NCBI RefSeq assembly: GCF_000181795.1
Contig: NW_003526941.1
Coordinates: 11,272,161-11,336,160, forward strand
Length of the DNA stretch: 64,000 nucleotides
Origin: Trichinella spiralis
Taxonomy: Eukaryota
Direction: 5' to 3'
The translations under genes and the position numbers were made by a program. Shown here one piece after another: positions 1-15,396 of the stretch. How positions within the stretch are numbered: position 1 is the stretch's first letter; the number at the start of each line of letters is the position of its first letter. The notes under the pieces are model-generated. The model had not been told where the DNA came from. It made no database searches and saw only the letters and a program-made list of their open reading frames with translations.

Positions 1-404
1 TAAATGACGATTAACGATCATCAACAGCTAACTGACAGTGATAGCAAAGTGAAAAGTGAAAATGATGAATTCAAAAGTGAAAAAAAAAGATTCAAAATTC
101 TTAAAAGTATTATGTGAAAAAAGTGAGATTTGAGTTTTTATTTGCTGAATAAAAATTATCACTCAATAGAGAAATAATTTCAAAGAAGCCTGACACTACT
201 TTACTACTATATCAATCAAAAGGCAAAGTTAAACACTACCCATTTAGTGTGAAGAATAAAATCATGTGAAAAAGTTTTGGTCAACTGAAAAACAATAGAA
301 TACAGAACAATACAACAAAATGCAGTCAAATCCACTTCTGAAATATTTCTAAAAATTATAATTAAAACATCGTTACAGTAAAATACACAACGGTGGTTGC
401 AGAA

Positions 405-3400
405 TTAGACAGAATAAAATTGCGTAGCCGCTGACGATTGCAATTCCACTTGTCCAATTTTGAAACTAATCTTTTTCAACCACGGTTTCAAATCTCTTTC
501 AGATGAGCTGTGGATAGAATTTTCAAAAAAATCCAATCTTACCATCAAATGGCTTGGAATATTAGTGTGATAGGCGGACAAAATTGGATACCACATTGGA
601 TAAAGCTGCAAAAATAAACATCAGTTCAGGGTCGGCTAGGCTAAATGGCACTCACAACACATACTTTAGTTAGTACAACAGAATCTGCCTCCAACAAACC
701 TTCTACAGTGTTCAAAAAGTGCAAATTAACCATGTCCGCCAACTGAAATGATGCATATCATTATATTCCATCAAAAGCTGCATCAAATGTTTATTTCCAA
801 AAAAGAAAAAACAAAAACAAACTTACCACTTTGGAATGTGATAAGAGTTGAAGAATAGCCGGTGTAATTCTTGACCAAAAATCCATCACGCTTGCCATTG
901 CATCTTCTTTGACTGAATCATCCAACGCGTGCAACACTGCCTCTTCACAGTAGACGGTCCAAAGTTGACAAAGATGAAAAGCGTGGAACAATGCAGACAT
1001 ATTTAAAACTGATTGCTTAAAAAGTAGATACAAAAAATTAATTGAATGAAATAATTATTAAAATTGCATTGATTTACATTCGATAATTCGGCAAAACCTG
1101 CCAAAACAAATTGAATATAATCCGATATTCGATGTGAACATTCGATTGGCAGAGGCATGTTAAAGGACGAAGAGCAAGAGCTCAACGAGCCCAAAAGAAC
1201 CCAAGAAAGCAATCGCACTCTGCCAACGCAATCGACAAATTCATTTGCCCTTCAAACACAAATAATTTTAACCAACAAGTTGTGAGCTAATTTTTGAAAA
1301 AAAAAACAAAACATACCCCAATTGTGTTACTGTTGGAGGAGAAGAGAGCCAAGGCAAAAATCTATAGATGGATCTCGAATCTCGACTGACGCTACGGTAT
1401 ATTTCATGAGCGACATATTTGGCTAGTCCAATTTTCAACTCACCGCCGAGAGTGTCTTCACAAAGACCACCATTCTCCCTGGCGACCATCTGAAAAGAAT
1501 TTTTTAGATTAATTTCAATTTTTAAATTAAACCCAATGCACAATGCCTTCATTCGATTCAGAACATGATAATCTTGAAGAAATTCGATAAAATCTGGCAA
1601 AAATGGCCGAGCACAATCAGCGGCAGAAGTCGCAAACTGAAAATAATAATAAGAAGAAGAAGAAGAAAAAATAATAATATTTTTCAAATAACATTATAGG
1701 ACAATGTGAATTTTATCGAATAGCGTGAGAAATTTTGCTTCAAAAGGTATTTTTAAACTTTAAAGTTTAGTTGAACTTTAATGTGAAAACAAAAAAAAAT
1801 TCAATTACCATCATCCTGTCCAAACTGCAGTCGTCAGTTTCACCAAAATCATACAAAATTAGCTGAAAAAAAACAGAATAAAAATTAATTTTTTTTTCAT
1901 GAAATTCATCGTCGTTCAGAAGCTCACTTTGATGACCATCATGTAATTGACATCGTGCAGTGTGTGCTTGAATTTCAACGCTTGGCAAAATTCATTCAAA
2001 CAACATCTAGTCAGCGTATGTTTGTCTCGTTCCTGAAAAGCAAAAATATTCTCACACAAAAAGCATTTGATCGCTTGTTTTTTCTCTTTTTCCTCTTACT
2101 TTCACGAACGCACGATTGCAAGAAGAACAAAGTGCAATCACGTCGACCAAATTCAGTGGATAATCCAACAGCAGACGTGTAATAAATTTACAACACGTGT
2201 CCAACAAAGTCAAAGAAGGCTTAAATACAAATATCAAAAAATTTATCAAATAAAATAATTTGAATAAAAAAAAACTAAAATGTAACACGTGAAATATCGA
2301 TTAGTAGTAGCATTTGAACTCGATTAGTACTCACTCGAATGGTACCAAAATTGGATATTTTGAATAATCGATTCAAAATTTGAAACAAATGCCCAACGCA
2401 CAGACTCAAATCTGCATTGTTGGTTAAAATGTGTCGAAAAAAATTATCAAACAACCCAACAACCGTCGTCCAAGTTGGTAGATGAGTATCGTATGAAATG
2501 TGACGCATGTATTCGGCCAAATTTGACAACACTAATGCAACATTATCCGGAGTACTTTTGTGAAGATCCTAAATTTGTGGCCAAATTCAAAAAGAGATGG
2601 CTGCTAATTGAAATGAATGAATAAAAACAAAAAAAATAATAATAATAATTACCTCCATCAAATGTTGAATTACACTGACAGGATTCAATTCTTGAAAGTC
2701 AGCCAAGCACAAAGCGACAGTTTTGAAAAATAATTCATCTAAAAAAATTATTACAACAACAACATAAATTAATTAATGATGTAATAGGCGTTGTCGAAAA
2801 ACCTTCAATTTCACTTTCAAAAAGTGACAAAAAGAGCCTGTTCGGTGCCAACTGATGCAATACAATTCGAATAAATTGTCTGGCAACGCTGCGACAATTG
2901 CTAGGTACAAAAATATTTCTAAAAATTAATAAATGAGTAAATATTTTGAAGAAATAAATGATAAAGAAAACTTCGTACGTTCGCGCTTGCCAAGGATGAA
3001 ATGTGTGGGCGGCAATTTTCGAAACAGCCGTCAACATGCTCAACAACTGAGGCGCTGCCATCGACGGATCGCGGTGCACAAAAGTAGACAAGCACACTAT
3101 TCCCAAAGAAATGGTATCTTCGTCGCAAATTTCCAATATTGCATTACAATGAAAACAACGCGCCTGTATTACTGAATCACTGAGCCGCATCTGGCCCAAG
3201 AATACAGGCTTTGCAACTTGATGTTGCCTGGAAAATATGAATATTCATCATTATGAACAAAGAAAAATAAATATTAAAAATTTCCATATTTATACTGCAA
3301 TATTGGTGAAACGGATTTCGCTTGAACAACAACGCTGCCAGGGTCAGAATGAACTTTATGAACAGGAACAGTTTTCGCGTTGCCAATATCATCATCAACC

Positions 3401-6400
3401 CTGTTGGCCGTAGCGCAACAAAACGCAGGTTCCACTTTTTCCGTAATCACAGTAGCTTCCATTGGTTTTGCAACAATTTCCTTCATTTAAAATTAAACTT
3501 TTAAAATTGTCTTACTAATAATAAAAAATAACAAAACACTCACAACATTATCACTAGTGCCGTTTTCAGTCAACGATGGGAGTACTACAACAGCCGGGGG
3601 TTGTACCAAATATGCCGAAGCAAGTTGTTCATTTTGCACACGTTGTACTGGAGCTGCAATCTCTGAAATTAAAAATGAAGCAAAAAAAATTATAATTTCA
3701 ACAATGAACAAAAAATAAATGCGCACCAAAATCCGGATGAACCGCTTGAAACGGTTGTGGAGATGGTTCTAGTACGGCAATGGCAAACTGTTCCTCCGGT
3801 TTGAACGTCTCAACTGATACAGTATCGTCGCCTGGGAAAGATGAATAAAATTGATGTTTTAAACTTATTTCCATTAATTAAATACAACATAATCGACCAA
3901 CCGGTGCTGTCGAGCGAGGAAATTCGACCGTCCACAGCAGTCGGCTTGTGCTTGCTGCTTGCAAGCAAGTGGAGTCGGTCCGATTTGTGAACAACATTCA
4001 AACTATCTTTGCTTGTTGTTGCGGTCAGTTTTGCATCAATTTTTCCACTTTCTCCATATTCCATATCTTCCAAATGATGTTCTTCTCGTTCGTCGAACGT
4101 CAACTGCCGTTGAGGTAAAGCGCGACGTTTCCGGGCTACTGTCGACGAAACCGACGCTGTCATTGCAGACTTGCTCGTGGCAGATGCAGAAATATTCGCC
4201 GTAATTTCTGACGTTTCATCCTGTTCCGTAGAGACACTTTCACAGCTTCCAGCTATGCTCGAACCTATTATTTTTGGATAGTAATAGTAAAAAATAAAGA
4301 AATAATAACAAGTCGTAAATCAGAAAAAAAAGCATCACAACAAAAATAAATAAAGCCTAAACAGTTAGTAACTACAGTAAAACAGAGGAATGTTTCTTTG
4401 TAAAATGCAAATTGCTACTAGAAAAAGGATAACAAAGTTTCTAATGTTCAAAAGTCTAAATCGAATCTTCATCTACTCTCTAATGTATTTTTCGACTAAT
4501 TCCACTAAATCTAAGTAAGCTTGCTAAATACTTCAAATGAAAATGGTAAGAAGAGCGACGACTATTTTCATTCATCGAGTATATTACAATATTAGTTGAC
4601 GAAAAAAAACATATATATTAAAGATGGCCTCGTGGTAAGAAATTATAATTTCCACACTGTCTGTACTTTTCGATTGGATCAAAGATTCGTTGGACGAACG
4701 GGAACTGATCGGCCAATATCGTAGCGTACGGACCAAAATGCGAACATTGTTGATGGACGTTTGCAAACGCGTGCGGCGCGACTCCTCAGGGGTCGATCTC
4801 ACACCTTTCAGGTAAGGAAACACTAGACAATAAAATTCAACATCCTGACATTTTCCAACTTTGATTTTTCAAAATTCATATTCTCTAGTTGAACATTAAA
4901 TTTCCATTTTCATCTGCACTAGTTATCTTTATCATTACCAAACTAATGATAATAATAATAATGATGAATAAAAATACTTTTCACTTATCTCTTCTTCTAA
5001 TTCTTCCTTTCTCACTGTTTACAACTTCTCTTATCAAAAAAATCATTCATTAATAGATAGAATAAATTTATATTATAAAAAAATCGACTCAACATTATAA
5101 TCAAACAACTTATATTTTTCTTAAAAAATAGCACATTAACAAAAGCTGAAATAAAATTCATGAATAACAATATGTGCACATAATAAAAAATGCGGAAATC
5201 TATCCAGCTGCAAATTATAAAAAAATCATTATTACGAGAGTATTGTAGCGATCCAATTTTTCATAATAAAATATTTCGTTTGAAATACTGTTTCTGGAAA
5301 TTATCTGTTTCAAAAATTTAAACTTGCGTTGTGCAAAAGAATTAAAATAAAATCACCTAGCCAATGAGCACATAAAATCAACTTTCCTTCGTGATGAAGA
5401 AAAAGCAGGTTTGAAACGGTGAAATGAAAAAAAAAATATTTTTTTAATTAAAATTAAACAGCTTTAAATAATCGCTGAAATACACTATACAATTGATTAC
5501 ATTTAAAATAATAATAACAAAACAGCACAAAATGTTTCAAGCTTACTTGTAGAACGAAAACTAGGACTGTGCATTGACATCTGCAATCGAACGCAACTGT
5601 GCACCTGAGAGTTCAACGTGCAAATTACAATTCGAATCATATTCAATACTGCTTCGTTAATTGGAGGTTGATCAAACTGATACTAAAAGTAAAATATACA
5701 GCTTTTTTCATACAATCTAAACAGATAATTTCAATAAAAACATTGCAATGAAATGCCAACCTTGTACAAAATTAACAAAAGTGACCACATCCAGTGTTGA
5801 CGCATGTGCGGCTCCAAACACCAAAGCGTGCAATCACTTGTTATAGAAACTGATGAATTCGGTGCGAACATTTTCGGTGGAGATGGCAAATAAACAAGCA
5901 ATGAAGAAGCCAGTGGTAAAATTTGACGTACAAAAAATACATTATTATCCAACACTTTTGGTAAATTGGATAAAAATGAATTGCATATAGCGGATGACCT
6001 GAAATTGAAAAGTAAAAAAATAGTAAATATACAAAGCCTGATATATATATATAGACATTGCCTGAGTCTGTGAGCTGGAACGGTGAATGTCCTCTCTTGG
6101 ACATTAAAACCCAGCAGCATATTCAGATGTCGCAAAACAGAACTCTAAAAATCAAAGTAAAAAAATGCTTAAAACACAAGCACTGAAGAAAATGTTAGAG
6201 ACTTCTTGTTCGCACCTGTCTTTTCGCGGACGCTTTTTCGTCAGCATTAACGCATGCTGTTCGAGAATTGCTTAAAAATTTCATAAACAGCGTAATTATT
6301 AGCCGTACAGATTCTCTGAGAGTGTTGTCCATCGGTGTTGTCGATGTTCCATCACTGCTGTCTTCGTTGACTGCATTGGATTTACAACCGAATGAACTTT

Positions 6401-9400
6401 GCTTTTGCAACTGCTTAATTGTTGATGGTAAATCTAAAAATATATACTTCCTCTTTTCCACTCACTATTTCTCATTAAAAAAAACTAATTCTTTACATAC
6501 CAAATAAGTTCACTTCAATATTATTTGTTTGATTGTTTGATTCAACTTTCTGAGAAGACGATTCTCCTAAATAATAAATACAATATAAATTTAAAAAAAG
6601 TAAACTGAATAACAAATTTTAAAATAATAATAATAACCTTTCAAAAAATAAGCATAAGTAATGCGAAGTGAATCGTCCATATTTTTCTGCAATTCCGTTA
6701 AGCAATTTATCAAATAGCGCTGTATAGAACGCAATGTTTCGCCTTTGTCGGCCAAATGTCTAGCAAGCGAAGATTTGTGACGATAAATTTCCACCATGTT
6801 ATCGTGTAAATAATAATCTTAAAAATAAACAAAGAAACAGAATTATAAAAAGTCAAAATAAGATATATATACCTCCTGGAAAGGTAATTTTGCCAGTAGT
6901 TTGTAGCTGCATTTGCGCTTCTTTAGATAATGCTTCGAATCGATTTTGGAAAAATTCCCAATTCAATACTGGTACATTTTGAAGCACTGAGCTAAGAACG
7001 AGAAACTGATGCATCATCAGCGCACGATCTTCGATCACCAAATCAAATTGTGATTCCAAAGATTTGCATAAACACTTAATAAAAAAAAACAAAATTTTTT
7101 ATATACAGACAACAATGTGTATGCAAATAACTGACTTTCAAAGAGGATTCTTTGATTGTTTGAACGGATATCAAAGCTCGCTGAGCTACGGTGGAATTAT
7201 GATCATTCGTAGCAGAAATTAAGAAAACAAACGCAATCGCCAAAGCACCTTCTATATTAACGTTGTTTTTCACAGAAGGTGCGTCAATAAACCATGATAA
7301 TACAGTTACTTTTTCAACTATAAAACAATTTCAAAAGTTATGATTAAAAAATTTTTTCTTAAGCAAAATTCATTTACAATAACAACAACAACAACAAATA
7401 ATAATAATAATCATCATCATCATCTCACCTGCTTCAAGGCGTGTTCGAAAATCAGAATTGACAAAATCACGGCTCACCGTAGACCAGAATACATCTGCTC
7501 CGCAAGGCAACGATAAGCAGTGAAAAATAAGACATGCACAAACCTCAGACACTTGACTATATTGTGATCGTAAAAGTTTCCAGAATCTACAAAAGAAAAA
7601 TTGAAATTATTATTTCATTAGTTGCTCATCTTGCTTATTATCATATCAGTTGTAATCACTTTGGAATCAAGATGTTTTCTTGGGCCCATATCAAAAATCC
7701 TCTTCTTTCAAATTGTGCATTTTTCAACGCATTCAAATTTAAGCATAAGCATTTAATCGTGGTCAGCATAAAATATCTGACGTCAGGATTCGGATGATCT
7801 TCAACAGTCTGCAATAGTAGGTGGAATGAAAAGCAGTGCAATAATATACAATTCACTCGCACTTACAGTCATGTAAGCATGAATCAGTCTCAGTTCAGCA
7901 GGCAAATCTTCGATTCGAAATCGAAATTTTCCCAAGCTTGTATACCAAAAGCTATCGTCCACTGCAGATTCAGTTTTCTTGGCAATTTCAGTCGGTGAAT
8001 CGCACACATCCATCATAGTAGTCGTAGTAACCACCTTGCAATTTGCCTGCTCCAATTCAGAGTCAGTCACTGTAACTGCTTCAACAGTAGCAACTTCGGG
8101 CTGAAACGATTTTCAATTAAATAATGATAATAATACTGAATTTCAATTCAAACACAACCTCTTCAACTGGTAATATCCCGACAAACTCTTCTGGATATTC
8201 TTCTTGCACGACAGCGCTAAAAGCACCACTTGTATTGACATTATCACCAACAATGGCACTTCTTCGTTTCAAATTATGCACTAAAAAACAAAAATATTTA
8301 AAAATTCTTTAAAATTCAACAAAATTTGCGCTAAAATGTTACCACCTTCAGAATCAACAAAACTTTCCACTTCTTTCCCATCTTTTCTGTCTACAGAAAA
8401 ACAGTTCTCCAGTTTAGCTTCTTCACGAACTGCACTTTCACCGAAAGTGCGAGATGCTGTAGACTGTTTTCCGTGCATTTTATCAGAACTTTCAAATACA
8501 GCTCTTCCCAAAGATGGACACAATGTTGCAACTGTTTCCATTGCAAGCTGTAACGTAAAATGCATATTAATGTACTAAAGTATATTTATTGGCTGCTAAA
8601 TAACAAAACTATATGCCATTACTTGAAAAAAAATCGTGGAATCACGACAATACACACAGTCGGCAAATTGGTCACACTCAACATTGCTGCATGTATGCAT
8701 GCCTAACCAAGGCAGTTTGATTATATCTATGATCACACACATAATGTTCTGCTCCATAATCGACGAGGTGGCTTGATTTTTATTGAAGCCCCCCAATTCC
8801 ATCTGAACACGAGCATATTAATAAATTAATTAATTGAGAATTTCTCGACTTACTTGACGCATCAAAATGTCCAATATTACAATAAATAGAACGACACTTG
8901 TACTGTCGTTTGTGCTAAACACTGACTGCCTGTGCGAATGGTGCATATCGCTGGAGAAATGCATCATGTCTTCCTCAGCAAAAAGGGAACTCTCCGGATC
9001 GTTCATATGTTCCTGAAAATGGAAATGAACACAGAAAAAAAATGCTAAACAAGTAAAGAAGCTTAAAGCACCTTAAAAGACAAGCCTTCAGTGGTAACAG
9101 GTTGAAAAGAAAACACGCTCTTCGCCCCTAGTTTCAACAAATTCAGCAAAGTATCCATCGGAATGACGATGTCAATGTCAGTCAGAAGCTGAAAAGTTGT
9201 GGTTGAATGTTGCTTCGAAATATATAATTTAAATTATTTATTCATAAAATCAAACAAACTTGTAGCCAGCATAAAGCACTTTCTTGCTCTTTGAAACTAT
9301 CCCCTTGCAATCGAACCTGAATGAAATGGTAAATCTGGTTCGACGGAAAAGACAATGAGCAAAGGTCAACTTCGAAAATTTTGCTAAACAAAAACAAAAT

Positions 9401-12400
9401 CAGTTTCAACAGGGGAAAAAGTATGCTAATTTTAAAAATTACCATAAAAGCACTTTCAATTCTGGAAGATCCGATTCGGGGATTTCATTGGACATGACAT
9501 CAAACCAATCTGGCATTATTCGTTCCCAGGTCTGATTGAAAAACCAAAAAAAAAAAAATTACTATTTCATCTATAACAAAATCAGAAAGAAATATCACAT
9601 CAAAAGAAATCAAATCGTATGGAATTAGAGCTAATATTTTCGACAGGCCATCTTTCAACTGATCGCTTCTTTTGGATAATTTATCCCATGCGCCGCCAAC
9701 TTTGGCAAAACTCGGTGGTTTCGGTAATAAACATTGAACAAACATCCCATAATGACTTTCAATAATTCTGCGTAGCCAGTTGCAGACAAACTTTAAAATA
9801 AACAAAAATATCAAATAATATTTTTCAATCTTGTGAGATATTGTTATATTTATGATAAAAAGAGAATATGAGAAAATATCTCACTTCGCTTTTCAATTGT
9901 TCTATGCTCGTTCCAATGCAATCTGAATTGCAAAATAATGCTTTACAAAATATTATTTCTCAGACACAAAAAACTATTTACCACTGGGCAAGAGAGCAGT
10001 TGTAGCAAACCACTGAAACAACGCTGCCAACAGGTGACCAATTGCATCCTGAGAGAAAAAATTAAACATCATCATGAGGAATAATTATTCATTTTGTATG
10101 AAATTTTGAAATATTCTATCACCTGAGAAGCATTTTCAATTGGAGGACAAAAACTTATCAACATTTTTATACCATAAGCAGACAGTGTGCGTCTTTCGTC
10201 GGTTAAAGTTTTCTTTGATTGGTCTGAGCCTTCGAGCTGTTGTAACCATTTTGGCAACTTTTCTGCATGTACTTCTTCAATCAATACGGATGTTTCTTTC
10301 AAAAGGCTAAATCATTTCAGAAATTGAAAAATATTTTTTTAATACTTACACGACGCAGATTATCTATATATATATATATAGGCTAGGATTAAAGCTTTAC
10401 AAAAAATTACAACTCACGAGTTTGTTTGTCACTTTTCAAATTTATAAATCAATCGATAAATATTTCTAACAGAAAGCTCAAATCTCATCGCACACCATGC
10501 AAGAGAGGTTGGTTTCCACATTTAAAAATAAACCATTTTATAGCTACGTTCCATTACTTTTAATCTCAATCATCTAAGAATAGCAATAGCTAAAATCAAA
10601 CCACCTGACAATGAGAAAAATTAAAATCTATAAGATATTTTTCCCTCGGTTCAATACCTTACAATGGCAGTGATCATATCGGCAAAAAATTTCGGCTCGC
10701 AATTCCATGCAGAGGGAATCGCTTCCAAATAAGTGTGATTCACATTCTGATGACGCTGACGATGGCACTGTTCGCACAATCTCGATGGAATGAAGTTATT
10801 TAAACGTACGCATTCATCTGAAAAGCACGTCGATACAGCCAAACGATTGCTTGAAGTGCATTCCTAGAAAAGAGTTGCCATTCAAAAATCCACAACGGAG
10901 AACATCTATTAAAATTAACCTTGTTTTGACAAATATTTGCCAAAGTCGACAACGGTTGGAAATATGGGAAAAGAGATGATCTCAATGCGTCAGGAACTTC
11001 CTGGGCACACTGGCTGCAAAGAAACAATGGAGGTGCAATGTCTCCATATTCTGCACAGTATGACGAATCATAACATTTCTAATGATAAAAAAATGTATCC
11101 TACTATTATTAAAGTATAATAAATTTCAAATATAAAAATTACTTTTGTGCTCAGGTTTTCATCCCCACTATTACAATTTCTCTGCTGACATCGTGTCGGA
11201 GCCCAGGCTATTTTTTCAATGTTATTATCAATTAAAGTGCTAAATTTAAACAAAAATAATCTAATTTACCGTGAATTTTATATTCTGCGGTCTTTCTATC
11301 AATAAAGTCTGCTTTTGACAATGGCCAATAGTGAAACAAAAGATTAACTGCCGGAATTCTACTTTCAGTAGTACCATACGCAATAACAGACATTATATCC
11401 TATAAATCATATGAACATAATATGCGTATGCGTATGCGTATATTCAACTGGCTTCCAGTAATAAAAACATACTTTGTATACATCACAACGAAGAGACATT
11501 AGCGTTTCAATTAACCATGTATGGTGTCCTAACAGAAGCAAAGAAAAAAACTTTTCAGTAATTAACACACAAAATACAGCAGAAAAGTAGAAAAAGAACA
11601 CACCAACACAACAGTCACTCAATGCAAAAACAAACTGCTACAAAAATTCTCATGCTCAGACACACTGCTTACGTGGATCTTTACAATATTGAAAAACCAG
11701 CAAAATAATGCTGGATACAGATGCGGTGGCATAAGAATTTCCACTTTCATCTGTAAAAATAAATAAATTAATTTTTATATTTTTTAAATAAATAATTTAC
11801 TATAAAGAGTAAAGGGCAGAAGGACATTGCAAAGCAAACGCAACACATCAGGATACAGCTCTGATGGGTAAATGCTCAGCAGGCTGGCAACATTGTACGG
11901 AAGTTGTTCGGCATGTTCTCTATCCAAAAATAAATACACGCAGTGAATGGTGTTTAAAATTGCATTTCCAAGTGCTAAACAAAAAAGCAGCTTCTTCAGA
12001 CAATAGATTTGTGAAAATATTCAAATTACCAATCTGCCCCGTAGTAACTAGTGGATAAATATCAATAATATTGTTCAAAGCATTGTATAATCCGTTGTAA
12101 TTCAAATTGGGGAAGAGTGTAGCTCGGCTAACATCACTTTTGATAGACAAGAACGTTTCGGTCGAGGTTCCCTGAACATCACGCAGAATGCTACAACAGT
12201 AATAAGCATTAAAAAAAATAATATCCATTTTAAATAAATCAACGTAACCAACCCAAGCAAAGTTTGCTGGAAATATCTGAGAGTGTTGACGATGTCCAAT
12301 CCAGAGGGAAGCTGCTGGCTGTTTGTCACATGTTGGTAAAATTCATTTAAATTTCTGATCTTTGCACTAACTGAAATAAAAAAAAGAAAATACAAATGCA

Positions 12401-15396
12401 ATATACAATACAACAATTATTTTGTATTTCCATTGAACAAATAAAAATTATAATGGATTATAAATTTTACACCTATTTCAAAAATTATAATTTGATATGC
12501 ATATTTTAAATAATGCAAATAAAATACTGAAAACATTGATTTATTAAATTAACACAGGAACAAAAATAGGATGAATGAACACTTCATAACGAATCAATTT
12601 TCACCAAACGGCAAATAGAACAAAAGCTGCCTAAAAGCTACAGACAAAAAAATTCTTTCATCAAAATAAATAAATAAATAAATAAATAGCACTCTTCTAT
12701 TATATGAATAGTAAAAACATTGTTCCATTAAATGACAATGAAAAATGAACTGAAATACTCGAGTGAAAAGAAATATTCAACATACGCAAATCAGTATATT
12801 CAAATAAAATTTTTATTAAAAAACAAGAAATTGTATTTAAATAATTTAATTAAAAATACTTTAAATGTAAATTAAGAAAAAAAGAAATTAAATGATAAAC
12901 TTGTCACATACAAAGATAGAATTTTAATAAATATGCCATAATCAAGATTAGACACGTTGAAAATTATGCATGTAGCAATGGAAAACGAAGAAGATGATGA
13001 TGATGATGAAGAAGAAAAGCAGATGAATAATAATAAGAAAGCAGAATAGAATCGGTTTGAACACCGGCCGGCACACTTGATTGAATTTTCTGGTGAACAA
13101 AAGCGCAGCAATTGACAAGTGAATGTTTCAAGATTTCGACTGCTCATTATTTGCCCCCTCTGAGCAGATCTCGCCTTGACCACCACGCCTGAACGCTTAA
13201 CAATGATGAAAGAAAATGCAAGAAATTTAAAAGCAATAAGAGCCACTAACAAATAAAAGACAAAACCACTTCACATATGCAATTTTTTATAGAAAAGGGA
13301 ATTTAAAGTATTGAACAAAATCAATGATGGTCAAGAAAATTGAAATTCACGTTCCACATCCGCACAATATCACCATTTTGTGGCAACTGCGAAGCTTCCA
13401 TCATAACTTTTTACTGATTATACAAAAGAAAAAAAATACAACCTACAAATGCGTTGTAAGTATAATATCTTGTTGAATCATCCTTCTCATATTTACTGAT
13501 TAAATTCATCGATTGAAACACTGTGATCAGCATTGACAAAAAAAACGTATTATCTTTTGATAATTTTGTTTATTTAATTCATAATTGAACTGTTAAAAAT
13601 TATTATTCGCTTTCATTTATAATAATATTTAAAATTTAAAGACAAGTTTTCTCCAACTTCATACGCATTTCACAATCAATAGGAAATAAGTGTGTTTACG
13701 CGAAGTTCTATCAACAGCTACATGCCATGTTGTGCTGATACTATTTCCAATAAACAAACGCAAAATGATTTATTTATGCGATAGCGAAATCACCACATGA
13801 TGGTTAGAAATTTGATTATCATTTTGGCTAAAGCAATAAGAAGGGAAATTCAATTTGTGAATGCAGACTATAATAAGGCAGAGACTTATTAGAACTGCAT
13901 CGTTGTCATTTGTGAAAAATATATTTGCCCTTCCCAAATGGTGAACCATATTGCATTGCAAGAATTTTCAAATAAAACGTGCTTTTCAATTTCTGTTCAT
14001 TTTAAATCTAAATATTTAAGTATATGAGCAACATTTCCTTTCTCAAATCTATTGTCACATTTGCACGAAGCACAAGGCGCTTTCATATTCACCCCTCATC
14101 AGTTAAACACAGCAGTAAACGTTTCTCAAAGTAAGCAATGTTTTGAACTTTATTATACTAAAATTACACATTTCGAAACTTAATAAACATATATCTCCAT
14201 TTTATAATGATAAGTCATAGTATTATTCAGTACTTTTCTGTATTGAGTGCAGGATATTGAACTTTAGTAAGAAAATCAAATGCTTCCCACAACTGCTTCA
14301 AAACAAAAAACAGTTTAAATACGAACTTAAATTTAGTTAATACTTCATTTTCTTTAAGTACAACACAATCAAATTCACTATTCTGCCAAATCAATAGAAA
14401 CCTTCACAAAATCAGATTCACACGTGCCCCTGATTTAAAAAATTAGTGTTCCATTTTTTGTTTCTAATAATTAATCTTTCACAGACAACTTTACATGGAT
14501 AAAAAAAAGTTTGTGATATCAAAATTAAATTTATTGCCACCTTTGTTTTCCTCATCACATTACTAACACAAATACAGAAATAATTACAATTTGTATTATT
14601 ACCAATATCATCTAATAAAACACTTACCACCATTAAATAAATTTATATTTGATTCTTACAATGAATATGAAAATAAAGTACAATTTTGAAACATACCGTA
14701 ATCAATTTACTCATATCGCCAATCTATACGAGAATGTTCAGTGTTAACTAGTGTATTCAAATGCACAGTTACAATTTAAAAACATAAACCAATAGTCTGA
14801 AATATTTACACAATTCTAAAGCTTTCCCATTCAAAGATATCTTAATGCATGTGCATGCTATATAGGAAATGAAAAGTTACCGCAAAGTAGCAAGTTGTAT
14901 AATCTATGTATGTGTAGCAACTTATCACCAATAAACTAAAACGTAATTAACAAAACGCTTTTGAAATGTAATTTAACACAGAAAAACTTCCTTTTGACAA
15001 TTTATTTAAACAAATACATGCAGAATGCTAAACTCTCTAAATCTACATAATGTCTCGATATCCAGTAAAACAAAAAACTATACAGATTATCCATATTTCA
15101 TTAACTAATTTGGACTAACAGTTTGAAAGACTGAATGTTTTGACAATTCCACACCGATGATCAAAATGCAAGATTTAGAGATGATTTCAAAACAACATTA
15201 AAAAAACAAAGCATATAGTACTATTATTATACATATAAATGTATTTCTTTGTACTAAAATGTATTTCAATCATACTACACTCTCACACACATTCATATGT
15301 ATATATATATTATTATATTATTAAATTCCTGTCCCAACAAAGTGATATTAATAATAATAACATTAATGACTTACATGCTGAGACGCGTAGCGACAT
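405..15396 (-). CDS. unc-79: UNC-79 homolog (NALCN/UNC-80 channel complex scaffold), multi-exon, roughly 45 exons
   Basis: A 22-nt first exon ATGTCGCTACGCGTCTCAGCAT|gtaagt (15396-15375) splices in phase 1 to the exon near 12370, giving MSLRVSAFSAKIRNLNEFYQHV...PSGLDIVNTLRYFQQTLLG, the typical UNC-79 N-terminus. Internal exons show the Cys-rich WAPTRCQQ / LCEQCH region, DDSFWYTSLGKFRF, SEVCACLIFHCLSLPCGADVFW and MDFWSRITPAILQLLSHSK. The C-terminus is KIGQVELQSSAATQFYSV* (stop 407-405). Not every exon boundary was individually verified. Confidence 0.93.

Noticed and set aside
13117..13147. MSSRNLETFT as the unc-79 start
   Set aside because: It has only a weak donor (gtcaat). The exon at 15396-15375 has GTAAGT, the right phase and the expected length.
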